Shown here: positions 34,291 to 45,700 of the stretch, in pieces
Layout of the letters: each line of letters begins with the position of its first letter
Numbering within the stretch: the first letter of the stretch is position 1
The notes under the pieces: generated by a model
The model's input: only the letters and a program-made list of their open reading frames with translations
The model's database searches: none
Told to the model about the DNA's origin: nothing
Made by a program: the position numbers and the translations under genes
From: Christensenellales bacterium
Lineage (GTDB): Bacteria > Bacillota > Clostridia > Christensenellales > SZUA-584
DNA length: 64,000 nucleotides
Assembly: GCA_040768905.1 (NCBI GenBank)
Contig: JAXGMA010000001.1
Location: forward strand, 383,464 to 447,463
Direction of reading: 5' to 3'

Positions 34291-35441
34291 GCTTGATTAA
34301 AGAAAAAGTGATCGATCCTAATATGTCTGCTGGAACAGACAATGGAAAGTCACTTTCACCCGATAATAAAACAAGTATACTTGAAAAAAAGTCGGAAATC
34401 AACGTTGATTCTGATCTGGATGACTGGCAAGAATATTTGCAAATGATCAGTTCGCCGGACTATCTATACACGATATCACTTACAGAGCTGTATGATACAG
34501 CGTATCGACCCAAGATTATGGTTGTCGATAATCTTCTTTGCTCTGGAGTGTATCTGTTTGCGGGAACACCAAAGGTGGGCAAATCCTTTTTTATGGCTCA
34601 ACTTGGGTACCATGTGAGCAGCGGTGTTCCCCTGTGGGAGTATCCTGTTCATAAAGGTACGGTGCTGTATCTTGCCTTGGAAGATGATTACGCAAGGTTG
34701 CAAAAACGTCTATCCCGTATGTTTGGTATGGACGGTATTGATAACTTTCACTTTGCAACTCATGCCAAAAACCTGCGGGAAGGTCTGGACGGTCAGTTAA
34801 AAAAGTTTATGCGGGAGCATCCCGATACAAAATTGATTATCATCGATACCCTTCAAAGAATCCGTGAGGGCGGCGGCGAGAAATATAGTTACGCCAGCGA
34901 TTATGAAATCGTAACACGGCTCAAGCAAACGGCAGACCAGTATAACATATGCATCCTTCTAGTCCATCACACGCGAAAGCAAAGTGCGGAGGATTGTTTT
35001 GACACCATATCTGGCACCAATGGATTGCTTGGAGCTGCGGATGGCGCTTTCATCATGCTGAAAGAGAAGAGAACGGATAACAAAGCGGTGCTGGATATTG
35101 TTGGACGAGATCAACAGGATCAGCGGCTATACCTTCAATTTGACCGTGAGTGCTGCGTATGGCAGCTTACAAAAGCGGAAACGCAATTATGGAACGAATT
35201 GCCTGACCCGCTACTGGGGTCTGTTGCAAAATTGCTCACGCCGGAAGCTACTGAATGGGTTGGCAGCGCAACCGAATTGATTGATAGATTGGATGAGATA
35301 GATATTCAACCCAACGTATTGACACGAAAATTGAATATTAGTGCGGATAGGCTGTGGAATGAATACGGCATCCGTATAGAGACCAAGCGTACTCACGCCG
35401 GAAGGATGGTTAAGCTCAAGCTTGATAGATTGGAGCCGTGA
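34287..35441 (+). CDS. RepA-type (AAA_25) replicative helicase
   Basis: GTPKVGKS, YLALED, IIIDTL, LVHHTRK, GAAD. Confidence 0.85.
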   Translation: MSLIKEKVIDPNMSAGTDNGKSLSPDNKTSILEKKSEINVDSDLDDWQEYLQMISSPDYLYTISLTELYDTAYRPKIMVVDNLLCSGVYLFAGTPKVGKSFFMAQLGYHVSSGVPLWEYPVHKGTVLYLALEDDYARLQKRLSRMFGMDGIDNFHFATHAKNLREGLDGQLKKFMREHPDTKLIIIDTLQRIREGGGEKYSYASDYEIVTRLKQTADQYNICILLVHHTRKQSAEDCFDTISGTNGLLGAADGAFIMLKEKRTDNKAVLDIVGRDQQDQRLYLQFDRECCVWQLTKAETQLWNELPDPLLGSVAKLLTPEATEWVGSATELIDRLDEIDIQPNVLTRKLNISADRLWNEYGIRIETKRTHAGRMVKLKLDRLEP

Positions 35442-35520
35442 CAATCGTGTCGGTCGTGTCGATATTTTTGATAGTGGTGGCAGTATGAAAAAAACCGTCA
35501 CCATCGTCACGACCGTCACG
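35437..35520. repeat. Iteron-like inverted 9-bp repeat arrays (putative ori)
   Basis: CGTGACAAT CGTGTCGGT CGTGTCGAT facing CCGTCACCA TCGTCACGA CCGTCACG, right after repA. Confidence 0.65.
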
Positions 35521-35600
35521 GGAGAGGGAGGGGATCACTATGTAAAAACAACACGACGGATTTGGATTATAAAAGATAAATAACAGAAAGGATTTACGAG

Positions 35601-36488
35601 ATGGCAGTAATCAAAATTGGAGTCGATAACGGCAACTACAATACAAAATCCTCGGAGCGGATGCTCTACGCCTCGGGGTACACCATGAGCGACAGGGAGT
35701 TTATCACCAGCGATATGCAACTGTTTTATGACGGCGCATACTATGCCATCGGTGGCAAACGCATGAACTTTCAACAGGAAAAAACCAAGGAGCAGGACAC
35801 CTTTATCTTAACTCTTCCGGCTATCGCAAACGCAATTAAAGAGGTGGGCGTATCGTATGCAGATGTATTGCTCGGTGTGGGCTTACCTATCGACATCTAT
35901 GGGACGCAGAAGGAAGCGTTTCGTCAATACTTCCTGCGGGATGATGTTCGCTTTCGCTTCGAGGACGCGGGTTACCATTGCCGGGTTGTGGACTGTAAGG
36001 TGTTCGCGCAGGGACACGCCGCGCTCTGTAAGTATTATCAGCAGCTTAAAGAGTACAACAACATCACACTAGTGGATATCGGTGGGTACACCGTGGATAT
36101 TCTAACGCTGCACGATTTCAAGGTGGACAGAGGGAGCTGCGCCAGCCTGCGCATGGGTACGATTACGCTGTTTAACGAAGTACGCGGCGAGCTGCAACAG
36201 CAAAATATCATATTGTCGGACGCGCTCATCGCTGACGCTATGCAGGGACGTATCCAACACGCTGAAAAAGAAAAAATCCGAGTAATTGTAGAGCGTCAAA
36301 TGCAGCGGTATGTGAAAGAGTTGCTTAACGCTTTGCGCGAACGCGGACTGGATTTGAAGCTACCTACCGTGTTTGCGGGTGGCGGCGCAGAACTGCTGGG
36401 GCATCGTCTTCATTCGCGGGAGGTAAATACCATCGTTATCCTTGATCGTTTCGCTAATGCCGAAGGCTATAAGCTTCTACTAGGGTGA
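35601..36488 (+). CDS. ParM/StbA actin-like ATPase
   Basis: GVDNGNYNTK, VDIGGYTVD, FAGGGA, FANAEGY. Confidence 0.9.
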   Translation: MAVIKIGVDNGNYNTKSSERMLYASGYTMSDREFITSDMQLFYDGAYYAIGGKRMNFQQEKTKEQDTFILTLPAIANAIKEVGVSYADVLLGVGLPIDIYGTQKEAFRQYFLRDDVRFRFEDAGYHCRVVDCKVFAQGHAALCKYYQQLKEYNNITLVDIGGYTVDILTLHDFKVDRGSCASLRMGTITLFNEVRGELQQQNIILSDALIADAMQGRIQHAEKEKIRVIVERQMQRYVKELLNALRERGLDLKLPTVFAGGGAELLGHRLHSREVNTIVILDRFANAEGYKLLLG

Positions 36489-36492
36489 GGAT

Positions 36493-36786
36493 ATGCGAGA
36501 GAGACGGTATCTGACGTTCGACATGGAAAACCTGCGTCACCGTGAGGCCTTCGACCTTTTCTCAGCACAGTCCGGAAAGCGACGTAGCGAATATGTTGTG
36601 GAGTGCATCCTTCAGGCACAGCAGGAAAATCGACTGGAGGAAACAATTCGGAAGGTGTTGACAGAAGCGTTGAAGGATATTTCCTTATCCGCTCTCGTCA
36701 TGGAGAAAAAAACGACAGATTTACAGATAACGGAGAGCTTATCCGATCTGCCGGACGTGCTGCTGTCCTCTCTGGAAGAAATATGA
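36493..36786 (+). CDS. Putative ParR-like adaptor
   Basis: Small gene directly after parM with RHH-like RSEYVVECI and acidic tail. Confidence 0.55.
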   Translation: MRERRYLTFDMENLRHREAFDLFSAQSGKRRSEYVVECILQAQQENRLEETIRKVLTEALKDISLSALVMEKKTTDLQITESLSDLPDVLLSSLEEI

Positions 36787-36976
36787 ACCATGATGGTGCA
36801 TAGATCAATATACAAAGCGGCTGTTTGCACCACTATGGTGCATTTTTATTTTCAGAGTGTTGCGCACATATGCAAAAGTGCTGTTGGGTTGGCGGATACA
36901 ACGAAGGGAGGCGGTATGTTTTGAAGCCTCGCAGAGCCCCGCGGGAGCGCCCACTGGGCATCTTTCAGCTCGTCTG

Positions 36977-37015
36977 AAAGTGTCATAGTGGGTAATACAC
37001 TTCCTTCGGAAGTGT
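36977..37015 (+). other. Putative MOBV oriT
   Basis: AAGTGTCATAGTGGGTAATACACTT resembles the pMV158-family oriT; overlapping inverted repeats; ~40 bp upstream of the relaxase. Confidence 0.65.
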
Positions 37016-37053
37016 CCGTCTCCCCAGCGCCGTTTGAAAGGAGTTATTGATGT

Positions 37054-38274
37054 ATGTCTAAGGTTGATCGCACAGTTGTTCGCAACAAAGCCTATCCACG
37101 CAACAATTTCTCTATTCGGGAGCGCCACAACGAGCGCAAGAACGAGATTTACTCCAATCCCGACATTGTACAGGAAAGAAGTGATCTTAATATTCGCTTC
37201 AAAAGCTGCGACGGTACATATTCACAAACTTTTGACCGACTGCTTGAAGAAGGAACGATCAGTACACGGGGCTTAAAGCCAGACGCGGATGTGTTTGCCG
37301 AGTTGGTGTTCGATGTAAACACGTCTTATTTTGACGAACACGGCGGATACAATTACGCCAAGCATTTCTTTGCCGAAGCGTACAAGATGGCTGTTCAGGA
37401 AGTGGGTGGAGAGCAAAATATCCTGTCAGCGGTCATGCACGCTGACGAGCGCAACAAGAGCTTGTCAGAGGAGCTTAATCGCTATGTTTATCACTATCAT
37501 CTGCACGTTGTATATGTCCCTGTGGTGGAGAAGGAAATCCGCTGGACAAAGCGCTGTAAGGACAAGACGCTGGTTGGCACGATCAAGGAAGTGATCCATC
37601 AGGTCAGCCATTCCAAGAAGTGGGCATCTGTAAAAGCGCTGGATGAGAACGGAGAGCCGATACGGACAGAGGACGGGAAGGCTGTGCTGATTCCGTCCTA
37701 TTCACTCCTGCAAGATAGGTTTTTTGAGCATATGAAAAACGCCGGGTTCAAGGATTTTGAGCGCGGCGTTCGCGGAAGCACGACGCAGCACCTATCGGTG
37801 TTGGATTACAAGATTCAGCAAGACAACGCGAAGCTGACGCGTATCGAGAAGGAGGTAGAGTCTCAGCAAAAGGAGCTGGACACTGTTTCCAAGCAGCTCA
37901 CCGTAGAGTGGCGGATTGGCAAGACGTTTCAAGAGCTTGATAAACTGGGCCGGAAAAAGATGTTTGGCAAAGTGACACTGGCTGAGAAGGATTTCAAGGA
38001 AGTAATATCCCTCGCAAAGGAAGGTGTTTTATCGCGCGGCCAAATTCATACGCTCAAACAGCAGGCGCAGAAAGTAACGGCAAGGGTTTGGGAATTAGAA
38101 GATAAGCTGACCACGCTATTTATGAGTACGAGAGATTTCAAGGAAGCTATGAAATTAGCGCCGCAGAGAGTGGAAGCGGTCTTCGCGGAGATATTCTCGC
38201 GGGATCGAGAAGAACGTGAAGCAAGGCGCAATATGCGCCATATCGGCAGAAAGCGTGATGAGCGCGAACGATGA
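37054..38274 (+). CDS. MobV/Pre relaxase (plasmid recombination enzyme family)
   Basis: HNER motif, MHADE..HYHLH, C-terminal coiled coil. Confidence 0.9.
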   Translation: MSKVDRTVVRNKAYPRNNFSIRERHNERKNEIYSNPDIVQERSDLNIRFKSCDGTYSQTFDRLLEEGTISTRGLKPDADVFAELVFDVNTSYFDEHGGYNYAKHFFAEAYKMAVQEVGGEQNILSAVMHADERNKSLSEELNRYVYHYHLHVVYVPVVEKEIRWTKRCKDKTLVGTIKEVIHQVSHSKKWASVKALDENGEPIRTEDGKAVLIPSYSLLQDRFFEHMKNAGFKDFERGVRGSTTQHLSVLDYKIQQDNAKLTRIEKEVESQQKELDTVSKQLTVEWRIGKTFQELDKLGRKKMFGKVTLAEKDFKEVISLAKEGVLSRGQIHTLKQQAQKVTARVWELEDKLTTLFMSTRDFKEAMKLAPQRVEAVFAEIFSRDREEREARRNMRHIGRKRDERER

Positions 38275-38280
38275 TTAAAA

Positions 38281-38312
38281 TAAGGCTCGCCATCTTTGGT
38301 GAGCCTTACTTT
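38281..38312 (+). terminator. Putative terminator after mob
   Basis: TAAGGCTC-GCCATCTTTGGT-GAGCCTTA followed by CTTT. Confidence 0.6.
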
Positions 38313-38493
38313 ACTATGAGCTATATGCATTTGTTAAATTTAACTATCATTTGTATTGTCTATATTTCGCTAAGGCGATATAATGAGAAAAATATCACAT
38401 AATCACACTCTCTGTGAGGAAAATCAAAATGGCCGATGCGGTAAAAGCATAACAAATAACCAAATACGATAAAACAGCAAAGGAAGCGCAGAC

Positions 38494-39966
38494 ATGATAA
38501 CTGGCGAATTGAAGAACAAAGTCGATAAACTGTGGGAGATGTTCTGGACAGGAGGACTCACAAACCCTCTGGACGTTATTGAGCAAATTACGTATCTCAT
38601 GTTTATCCGTGACCTCGACCAGACCGATAACACCCGGCAGAAGGAAAGCGGTATGCTGGGGATTCCATATACCAGCATATTCATAAATAAGGAACATTTG
38701 AAATGGTCTATGCTGCGGGACAAACCTGCGGAAACGATGTATCAGACCATGCAGGGCGAAGTGTTTCCGTTTATCAAGGAATTGAACGGCAACAGCGGCA
38801 CTTATGCCAAGTACATGAGCGATGCAATTTTCAAAGTGCCTACGCCACAGTTGCTGGATAAAATCGTGACAGCATTGGATGAGATGTATGAACTGATTGA
38901 TAAGCTGCCGGATAAAAAGGACGCGCGTGGCGATTTGTATGAATACATGCTCTCCAAGCTTTCTACGGCGGGTACCAACGGCCAGTTCCGCACACCGAGG
39001 CATATCATCCGCATGATGGTGGAGCTGCTCGACTTACAGCCGGACGATATCATTTGTGACCCAGCCTGCGGCACCAGCGGCTTCTTGGTGGCGGCGGGGG
39101 AATACCTCAAGGAACACCATCTTGACGAGATTTTTTATAACAAGGATGCCAAAATGCATTACGACAGCACCATGTTCACAGGCTACGACATGGATCGTAC
39201 CATGCTGCGCATCGGGGCAATGAACATGATGACCCACGGCATCACTAATCCAAATATCATTTACAAAGACAGCCTGTCCGATCAGAACACCGACGCGGGC
39301 AAATATACCAAAATACTGACCAATCCGCCGTTTAAGGGCAGCCTGGATTATGACATTGTGTCTACGGACCTCATAAAGGTAACCAAAACAAAAAAGACGG
39401 AGCTGCTGTTTCTGGCGCTGTTTTTACGCATGCTGAATAACGGCGGGCGCTGTGCGTCCATCGTACCGGATGGAGTGCTGTTTGGCTCATCCACGGCGCA
39501 TAAGAGCATACGCAAAGAAATCGTGGAGAACCACCGGCTGGAGGCTATCATATCCATGCCTTCCGGCGTGTTCAAGCCTTATGCCGGCGTGAGCACCGCC
39601 GTGATTATCTTCACTAAGACCGGTGCAGGCGGCACCGACAAGGTCTGGTTCTACGACATGCAGAGCGACGGCTATAGCCTCGATGATAAGCGCACGCCGC
39701 TGGAGCAAAGCGATATCCCTGATATCATAGCGCGTTTCCATGCGCTGGCGCAGGAAGAAGACCGTGAACGTACCGAGCAGAGCTTTCTTGTACCCAAGGA
39801 TGAAATCGTGGGTAATGACTACGACCTTTCTATCAACAAGTACAAGCAAAGCGCTTATGCGGAGGAAGATTACCCCCATCCGCTTGAAATTATGTTGGAG
39901 ATTAACGAACTGGAGATGGAGATCACAGCTGGGCTTGCGGAGCTGGAGGAGTTGCTCCATGAGTAA
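38494..39966 (+). CDS. hsdM: Type I R-M methyltransferase
   Basis: GQFRTPR, DPACGTSGFL, NPPF (N6-adenine type). Confidence 0.95.
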   Translation: MITGELKNKVDKLWEMFWTGGLTNPLDVIEQITYLMFIRDLDQTDNTRQKESGMLGIPYTSIFINKEHLKWSMLRDKPAETMYQTMQGEVFPFIKELNGNSGTYAKYMSDAIFKVPTPQLLDKIVTALDEMYELIDKLPDKKDARGDLYEYMLSKLSTAGTNGQFRTPRHIIRMMVELLDLQPDDIICDPACGTSGFLVAAGEYLKEHHLDEIFYNKDAKMHYDSTMFTGYDMDRTMLRIGAMNMMTHGITNPNIIYKDSLSDQNTDAGKYTKILTNPPFKGSLDYDIVSTDLIKVTKTKKTELLFLALFLRMLNNGGRCASIVPDGVLFGSSTAHKSIRKEIVENHRLEAIISMPSGVFKPYAGVSTAVIIFTKTGAGGTDKVWFYDMQSDGYSLDDKRTPLEQSDIPDIIARFHALAQEEDRERTEQSFLVPKDEIVGNDYDLSINKYKQSAYAEEDYPHPLEIMLEINELEMEITAGLAELEELLHE

Positions 39967-41095
39967 GTGGGAGATGGTTAGGCTGGGTGATATTGGTGAG
40001 TATGCTCCAAAATCTCATATAAAAGCTGGAGAAGGACAAAATAGAGGGAAATACAAATTTTTTACTTCTAGTAATAAACAAAATAAATATTTAGATAAGT
40101 TTTTATTTGATTTTCCCTCATTGATTTTCGGGACTGGAGGTAACGCAAGTATACATTATTGTGATACTCCATTTTCGGTTTCTACAGATTGCTTGGTATT
40201 CTATACAAATGATCCAACGATAAACCTAAAAACAATATACAGGTATTTAAACGGCAATATTTATTTACTTGAACAAGGCTTCAAAGGTGCAGGCCTTAAA
40301 CATATATCAAAAAAATACCTATCGAATGAAGTTTTTGTTCCTTTGCCGTCACCATCAGAACAGCAGAAAATTGTCGATATATTTGACTGTGCCGATGACC
40401 TCATACAAACGCGCAAGGCTCAGATTGACAAGCTGGATTTGCTGATAAAGTCGCAGTTTATCGAGATGTTTGGTTCTTCAGCAAAAGACTCTGACAGTTG
40501 GCCAGAAATGAAGATTAATGATATCTCAAAAGATATGCGCACTGGGCCTTTTGGTAGCGCATTGCTTCATTCTGAATTTGTTGACAATGGTGTCTTTGTA
40601 CTTGGTATTGACAATGCTGTTGAGAATCACTTTTCTTATAATCGTATGAGGTATATTACTGAAGAAAAATATGAACAATTAAAGCGTTATACTGTTCATT
40701 CTGGCGACGTGATTATAACGATTATGGGTACGATTGGTCGTTCGGCAGTTATCCCGGATAATTTTCCAAAAGCAATTAACACCAAACATCTAGCTTGTTT
40801 AACTCTTAAGAAAAATAGTGCGAACCCTTATTTTATCTGCTACGCATTACAAGTGCATCCACTTATATTGAAGCAGTTACAATCGCAGTCAAAAGGCGCA
40901 ATAATGGCTGGTTTAAATCTTAATATCATAAAAAATCTCCGCATGCCAGTACCTCCACTAAAACTTCAAAATAAGTTTGTGGATTTTTTCATCCAGATTA
41001 ATAGACTAAAAGATTCTTTGCAGCAATCCCATGAAAAGCTTGAACTCAACTACAAATCTTTAACTCAAAAATGCTTTAGGGGGGAGATATTCTGA
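39959..41095 (+). CDS. hsdS: Type I R-M specificity subunit
   Basis: ATG 39959 overlaps hsdM; WEMVRLGD, VPLPSPSEQQKI and PVPPLKLQNKF conserved regions; two TRDs. Confidence 0.92.
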   Translation: MSKWEMVRLGDIGEYAPKSHIKAGEGQNRGKYKFFTSSNKQNKYLDKFLFDFPSLIFGTGGNASIHYCDTPFSVSTDCLVFYTNDPTINLKTIYRYLNGNIYLLEQGFKGAGLKHISKKYLSNEVFVPLPSPSEQQKIVDIFDCADDLIQTRKAQIDKLDLLIKSQFIEMFGSSAKDSDSWPEMKINDISKDMRTGPFGSALLHSEFVDNGVFVLGIDNAVENHFSYNRMRYITEEKYEQLKRYTVHSGDVIITIMGTIGRSAVIPDNFPKAINTKHLACLTLKKNSANPYFICYALQVHPLILKQLQSQSKGAIMAGLNLNIIKNLRMPVPPLKLQNKFVDFFIQINRLKDSLQQSHEKLELNYKSLTQKCFRGEIF

Positions 41096-41096
41096 T

Positions 41097-42731
41097 ATGA
41101 GAATCAGATGGGATGAACTGATCAAATTGATGACGCCAAAGCTAAGCCGTGAGAACTTTATTGCACAGGTTGTAGAACACGGTTATTTTGCTGAACAGTT
41201 TCCCACCTGCTTTTCTTCAAAAATATTCGCACAGAAATTAGACAATTTGCTACCCTGTATTTCATGTTCAAGCAAAAAAGTAAAAAAAGAAGATAAAACT
41301 ACGCTGCCTACTACACTATCAAGCTATAAAAACGATATATCAAGGCGAATACTTTCGTTGCCTAATCCAAAAGCCTTTTTGCGTCTTGCCGTGCTTATGC
41401 AAGAGAATTGGGATGAAATCCAAGAATTTGCCGAGAGTCCTAACTCCCTTTCCCCCATCACCTATATACATAAATATAAGTCAAGTCAAAGAGCTTCCTT
41501 AAATAGCGAAAATCTGAGGGAAAGCCAATTCTCTAAAAGTGATTTTGTTGATGGTATAAAAAACTGTATTGAAGCCTCGTTGGGTTACAATTATCGGCTA
41601 AAGCTAGACATTTCAAATTGCTATAATTCGATATACACACATTCCGTTGCATGGGCAGTATGCGGTAAAGCTCAAGCAAAGGAATATATGCGTACAAAAC
41701 AGCCACAAGCCTTACGACCAAAATATGATTTGGCTGATAAATTAGATTCTTTCATGAGATATCAAAAAAACAACGAAACAAATGGAATTTTGGTTGGGCC
41801 TTTCACATCTCGAATTTTTTCTGAAATTATCCTTGCTGCAATAGATAAAGCATTGGATGAGGAAGGATATCAGTTTAGAAGGTATGTAGATGATTACAAA
41901 TTCTATTTTCGTACAGATTCTGAAGCTCAAGCAAATTTACCAAAGATTGAACGCACACTCAACGAATACAACTTAAATATAAACACTGAGAAAATTGAAA
42001 TTGTCCGTTTTCCTTTTGAGGTGATATCTCAAATAAAAGAGATTTTTGATAGTACTTTTGAAAAGGCAGGTGTATTTGGCGTACTTAACGCCGCCTCTCA
42101 GCTATACTCAAATGGAGAAAAGGGAGCCTTTAAATATGTGCTTAAATATATCAAGAACAAAAAACCCACTCTAGATGATTTTACGTTAGTAATTTCCTCG
42201 TTAATTAACATTATGATTTTAGAGCCAAAATGCGGAAGACACATTATTTCCTATTTCAAAAAACATATGTATTCTTGGAAAAAGGACATCATTACCGAGC
42301 TAATTAATAATGAGTTATCCAATAGCATTAGCAACGAACTACAAGAAGAAGCATTGCTTTTCATGCAAATTATTAAAGAATTAAAGCTCAGCTTATCTGC
42401 ATGTAATCTTATAGATATTCTCGGTTGTTTAAATGATTTTGCAATAATCGTTGCACTTGATATTTGGAAAAGCAGAAGAAGCTCAGTTATAAGAACCCAA
42501 GGTGAAGCAAGAAAAATAAATCAAGCAATTGAACAACTATGCCTTAGTCTTCAAGGAGAACAGTATTCTGGTGCAAGGTGGCTATTGCTATACGAAATAA
42601 AGATTCATGGATTGGTACCACTTGGGAAACAACCAACACCAAATGCGGATAGCTTCTTTGATAAAATGTATTATAGCAAAGTCACTTTTTATCAAAGCAT
42701 CGGTCGCAAACTGTATTATCCAAGGAGGTGA
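41097..42731 (+). CDS. Abi/UG (DRT)-class reverse transcriptase with helical C-terminal domain
   Basis: RRILSLPNP, LDISNCYNSIYTHS, GILVGPFTSRIFSEIIL, RYVDDY, LNINTEK; ~230 aa helical tail ending WLLLYE. Confidence 0.88.
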   Translation: MRIRWDELIKLMTPKLSRENFIAQVVEHGYFAEQFPTCFSSKIFAQKLDNLLPCISCSSKKVKKEDKTTLPTTLSSYKNDISRRILSLPNPKAFLRLAVLMQENWDEIQEFAESPNSLSPITYIHKYKSSQRASLNSENLRESQFSKSDFVDGIKNCIEASLGYNYRLKLDISNCYNSIYTHSVAWAVCGKAQAKEYMRTKQPQALRPKYDLADKLDSFMRYQKNNETNGILVGPFTSRIFSEIILAAIDKALDEEGYQFRRYVDDYKFYFRTDSEAQANLPKIERTLNEYNLNINTEKIEIVRFPFEVISQIKEIFDSTFEKAGVFGVLNAASQLYSNGEKGAFKYVLKYIKNKKPTLDDFTLVISSLINIMILEPKCGRHIISYFKKHMYSWKKDIITELINNELSNSISNELQEEALLFMQIIKELKLSLSACNLIDILGCLNDFAIIVALDIWKSRRSSVIRTQGEARKINQAIEQLCLSLQGEQYSGARWLLLYEIKIHGLVPLGKQPTPNADSFFDKMYYSKVTFYQSIGRKLYYPRR

Positions 42732-42736
42732 ACACT

Positions 42737-45700
42737 ATGCGCACCAATTTCGATTTTTTAACCAAAGATCCGCAGTTTGAACCCTTCGCCGAGGCGGCTG
42801 TTTCGGCGGAGCGTGTGCTGCCTATTTCGCCTGCCCTGTGCGCCACCGCGTGCCGTGCGGCGCTGGAGTTTGCCGTCAAATGGGTCTATAGCGTCGATGG
42901 TTCCCTCAAAAAGCCATACGAGGACAAGCTAGTTACGTTGGTCGGCACCGAGGATTTCAAAGATTTGCTTCCTGTAGGTATGATGCAAAAGCTGAATTAC
43001 CTGCGTAAGGTAGGCAATAACGCCACCCATAATGCCAAGGGCGTGAGCCGGGATCAAGCGATACTGGCCTTGCAAAACCTCCACAGCTTTATGGACTTTG
43101 TGGCGTATTGCTATGGCGTGGATTATAACGAAGTTTCCTTTGATAGATCGTTGCTGGAGGAAAAACCGGCACCTGTTCCTGTGATACCGCCGGAAATGGA
43201 AGAAGTGGATTTCCAGACGCTGCTGGATGAGAACTTCCCCAAGCGCGAGAAGCTTACCGCCAAGCGTGTGGCGCAACTTAAGCAAGGCTATACCGTCAAG
43301 CCTATGGATATGACGGAGACGCAGACCCGCAAGGCGTATATCGACGTCATGCTGCAGGACGCCGGCTGGCAGCGCGGCCCCAACTGGGCCGAAGAATATC
43401 CCATCGACGAAATGCCCAACAAGTCAGGCAAAGGCGCGGCCGATTATGTGCTGCTGGGCGATAACGGACTGCCGCTGGCAGTCATTGAGGCCAAGCGCAC
43501 CAGCGTCAATGTGGAAAAAGGGCGTCAGCAGGCAGTGCTGTATGCGGACTTTCTGGAGAAGAAATTTGGACAGCGCCCAATCATCTTTATGACCAATGGC
43601 TACGAGACGCGTATCTGGAGTGATAAGTACTATCCTGAGCGGTTGGTATCCGGTATCTATTCCAAACGGGATTTGGAAAAAGACTTTAACATCATGAAAA
43701 GCCGTACTGCATTGAATGCGGTGCGGGTCAACGATGACATATCGAACCGATACTATCAGAAAGAAGCCATACAGGCAATATGCGATGCGTTTGACGATCG
43801 CAACCGGCGCAAGGCGCTGCTGGTCATGGCCACCGGCAGCGGTAAGACGAGGACGGTCATTTCCCTTGCGGATGTGCTGATTCGGCACGGATGGGTAAAG
43901 AATCTGCTGTTTCTCGCCGACCGCAATGCTTTGGTAACACAAGCCAAGCGTGCCTTTCATAACCTGATGCCCAATCTTTCTCTATGCAACCTTACCGAGG
44001 GGAAGGAGGAGGCCAGCGCCCGCGCGATATTTTCAACCTACCAAACCATGATGAACTGCATTGATTCTACACGTGATGAGCAGGGGCAGCGGCTGTTTAC
44101 GCCGGGGCATTTTGACCTGATTATCGTCGATGAGGCGCACCGAAGCATCTATAACAAGTATAAGGACATTTTCACCTACTTTGACGCGCTGCTGGTCGGA
44201 TTAACCGCGACACCTAAGGATGAAATAGATAAAAACACCTACGGCATTTTTGATCTGGAAAGCGGTGTGCCCACTTATGGATACGAGCTTTCTCAGGCGG
44301 TGCAGGACGGGTATCTGGTGGACTTTGTATCCATCGAAACTGAATTAAAATTTATGACTAAGGGCATAGCTTATGCGGAGCTTTCTCCGGAGGAGCAAGA
44401 GGAGTATGAAAACACGTTTGCCGATGAGGACGGCAACGTGCCGGAGAACATCGATTCCAGTGCCATAAATGAGTGGATTTTCAATCAAGATACCATCAAA
44501 AAGGCGCTGCATATCCTCATGCAGCATGGGCAGCGTGTAGACTTTGGTGAGAAAATCGGTAAGACGATTATCTTCGCCAAGAGTCACAAGCATGCCGAAA
44601 AAATAATGAAAGTCTGGGCTCAGGAGTTCTCCGATTACCCGAGCCACTATGCGCGGGTAATCGATAACTATACCAACTACGCCCAAAGCCTGATCGACGA
44701 TTTTTCTGATAAAAACAAGTTACCGCAGATAGCTATCTCGGTGGACATGCTTGATACCGGTATCGATGTGCCAGAAATCTTAAACCTTGTCTTTTTCAAA
44801 AAGGTGATGAGTAGGGGTAAATTCTGGCAAATGATTGGCCGTGGAACGCGCACCTGCGAAAAACTTATCGACGGAGAGGACAAACAGCGGTTTTATATTT
44901 TTGACCTGTGCCGAAACTTTGAGTTTTTCCGGCTTCATGCTAAGGGCCGCGAGGCCGGAACGGTGAGCACGTTGCAGGAGCGGATGTTCAATACGAAAGT
45001 TGAAATGGTTTACAAACTACAAGAGATCGGGTTTCAGACGGATACGCTAAAAGAGTACCGCAAAGTGCTTGTGCAGGATCTGGCGGCACAAGTGAAGGCG
45101 CTGCCAAGGGATAATTTTGCGGTAAAGCAGCATCTCCGTATCATAGATAAATATCAGTCCGAGGATGATTTTGATACCTTGACCTATGAGAACACGCTGC
45201 AGATTGCCGAACATATTGCTCCGCTCGTGTTGCCATCGGGCGATGATATTTCAGCGGCTCGGTTTGATATGCTGATCTACCAGATTGAGCTTGCTATGTT
45301 GGCTGGGAAAAGCACAAAGCGTGCAAAAAACGATGTGGTTCGCAAAGCGTCTGAGCTATCAAGGTATGGCAACATACCAGCAATCGCGCAGCAGCAGGAG
45401 CTCATCGAGCAGATTGTACATAACGGTTTTCTTGAGCGGGCGGGCATTTCGGACTATGAGGATGTCCGTATTAAGCTGAGAGATCTAATTAAGTTTATTC
45501 CAGAAGATGAACGTGTGCGATATGACACAAACTTTGCCGACGATATCCTATCCATAGAATGGAATGAGTCTGAGCTTGATAATGATGATTTGGTCAATTA
45601 CAAGAAAAAAATCAGCTATTATATCCTTCAGCATCAGGATATTACGGCCATTGCAAAGCTTAAAGGTAATAAGCCGTTGACTTCTGAAGATGTACGTTCT

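Noticed and set aside
39740-39958. N-terminal extension of hsdS in the ORF track
   Set aside because: Overlaps hsdM; a GGAGG RBS supports ATG 39959
39959-41095. Phase-variable (invertible) hsdS
   Set aside because: Only one hsdS, with no silent TRD copy, flanking inverted repeats or adjacent invertase seen
41097-42731. Group II intron, retron or DGR reverse transcriptase
   Set aside because: No flanking non-coding space for intron RNA or msr-msd, no VTG retron motif, no TR/VR pair seen; motifs fit Abi/UG RTs
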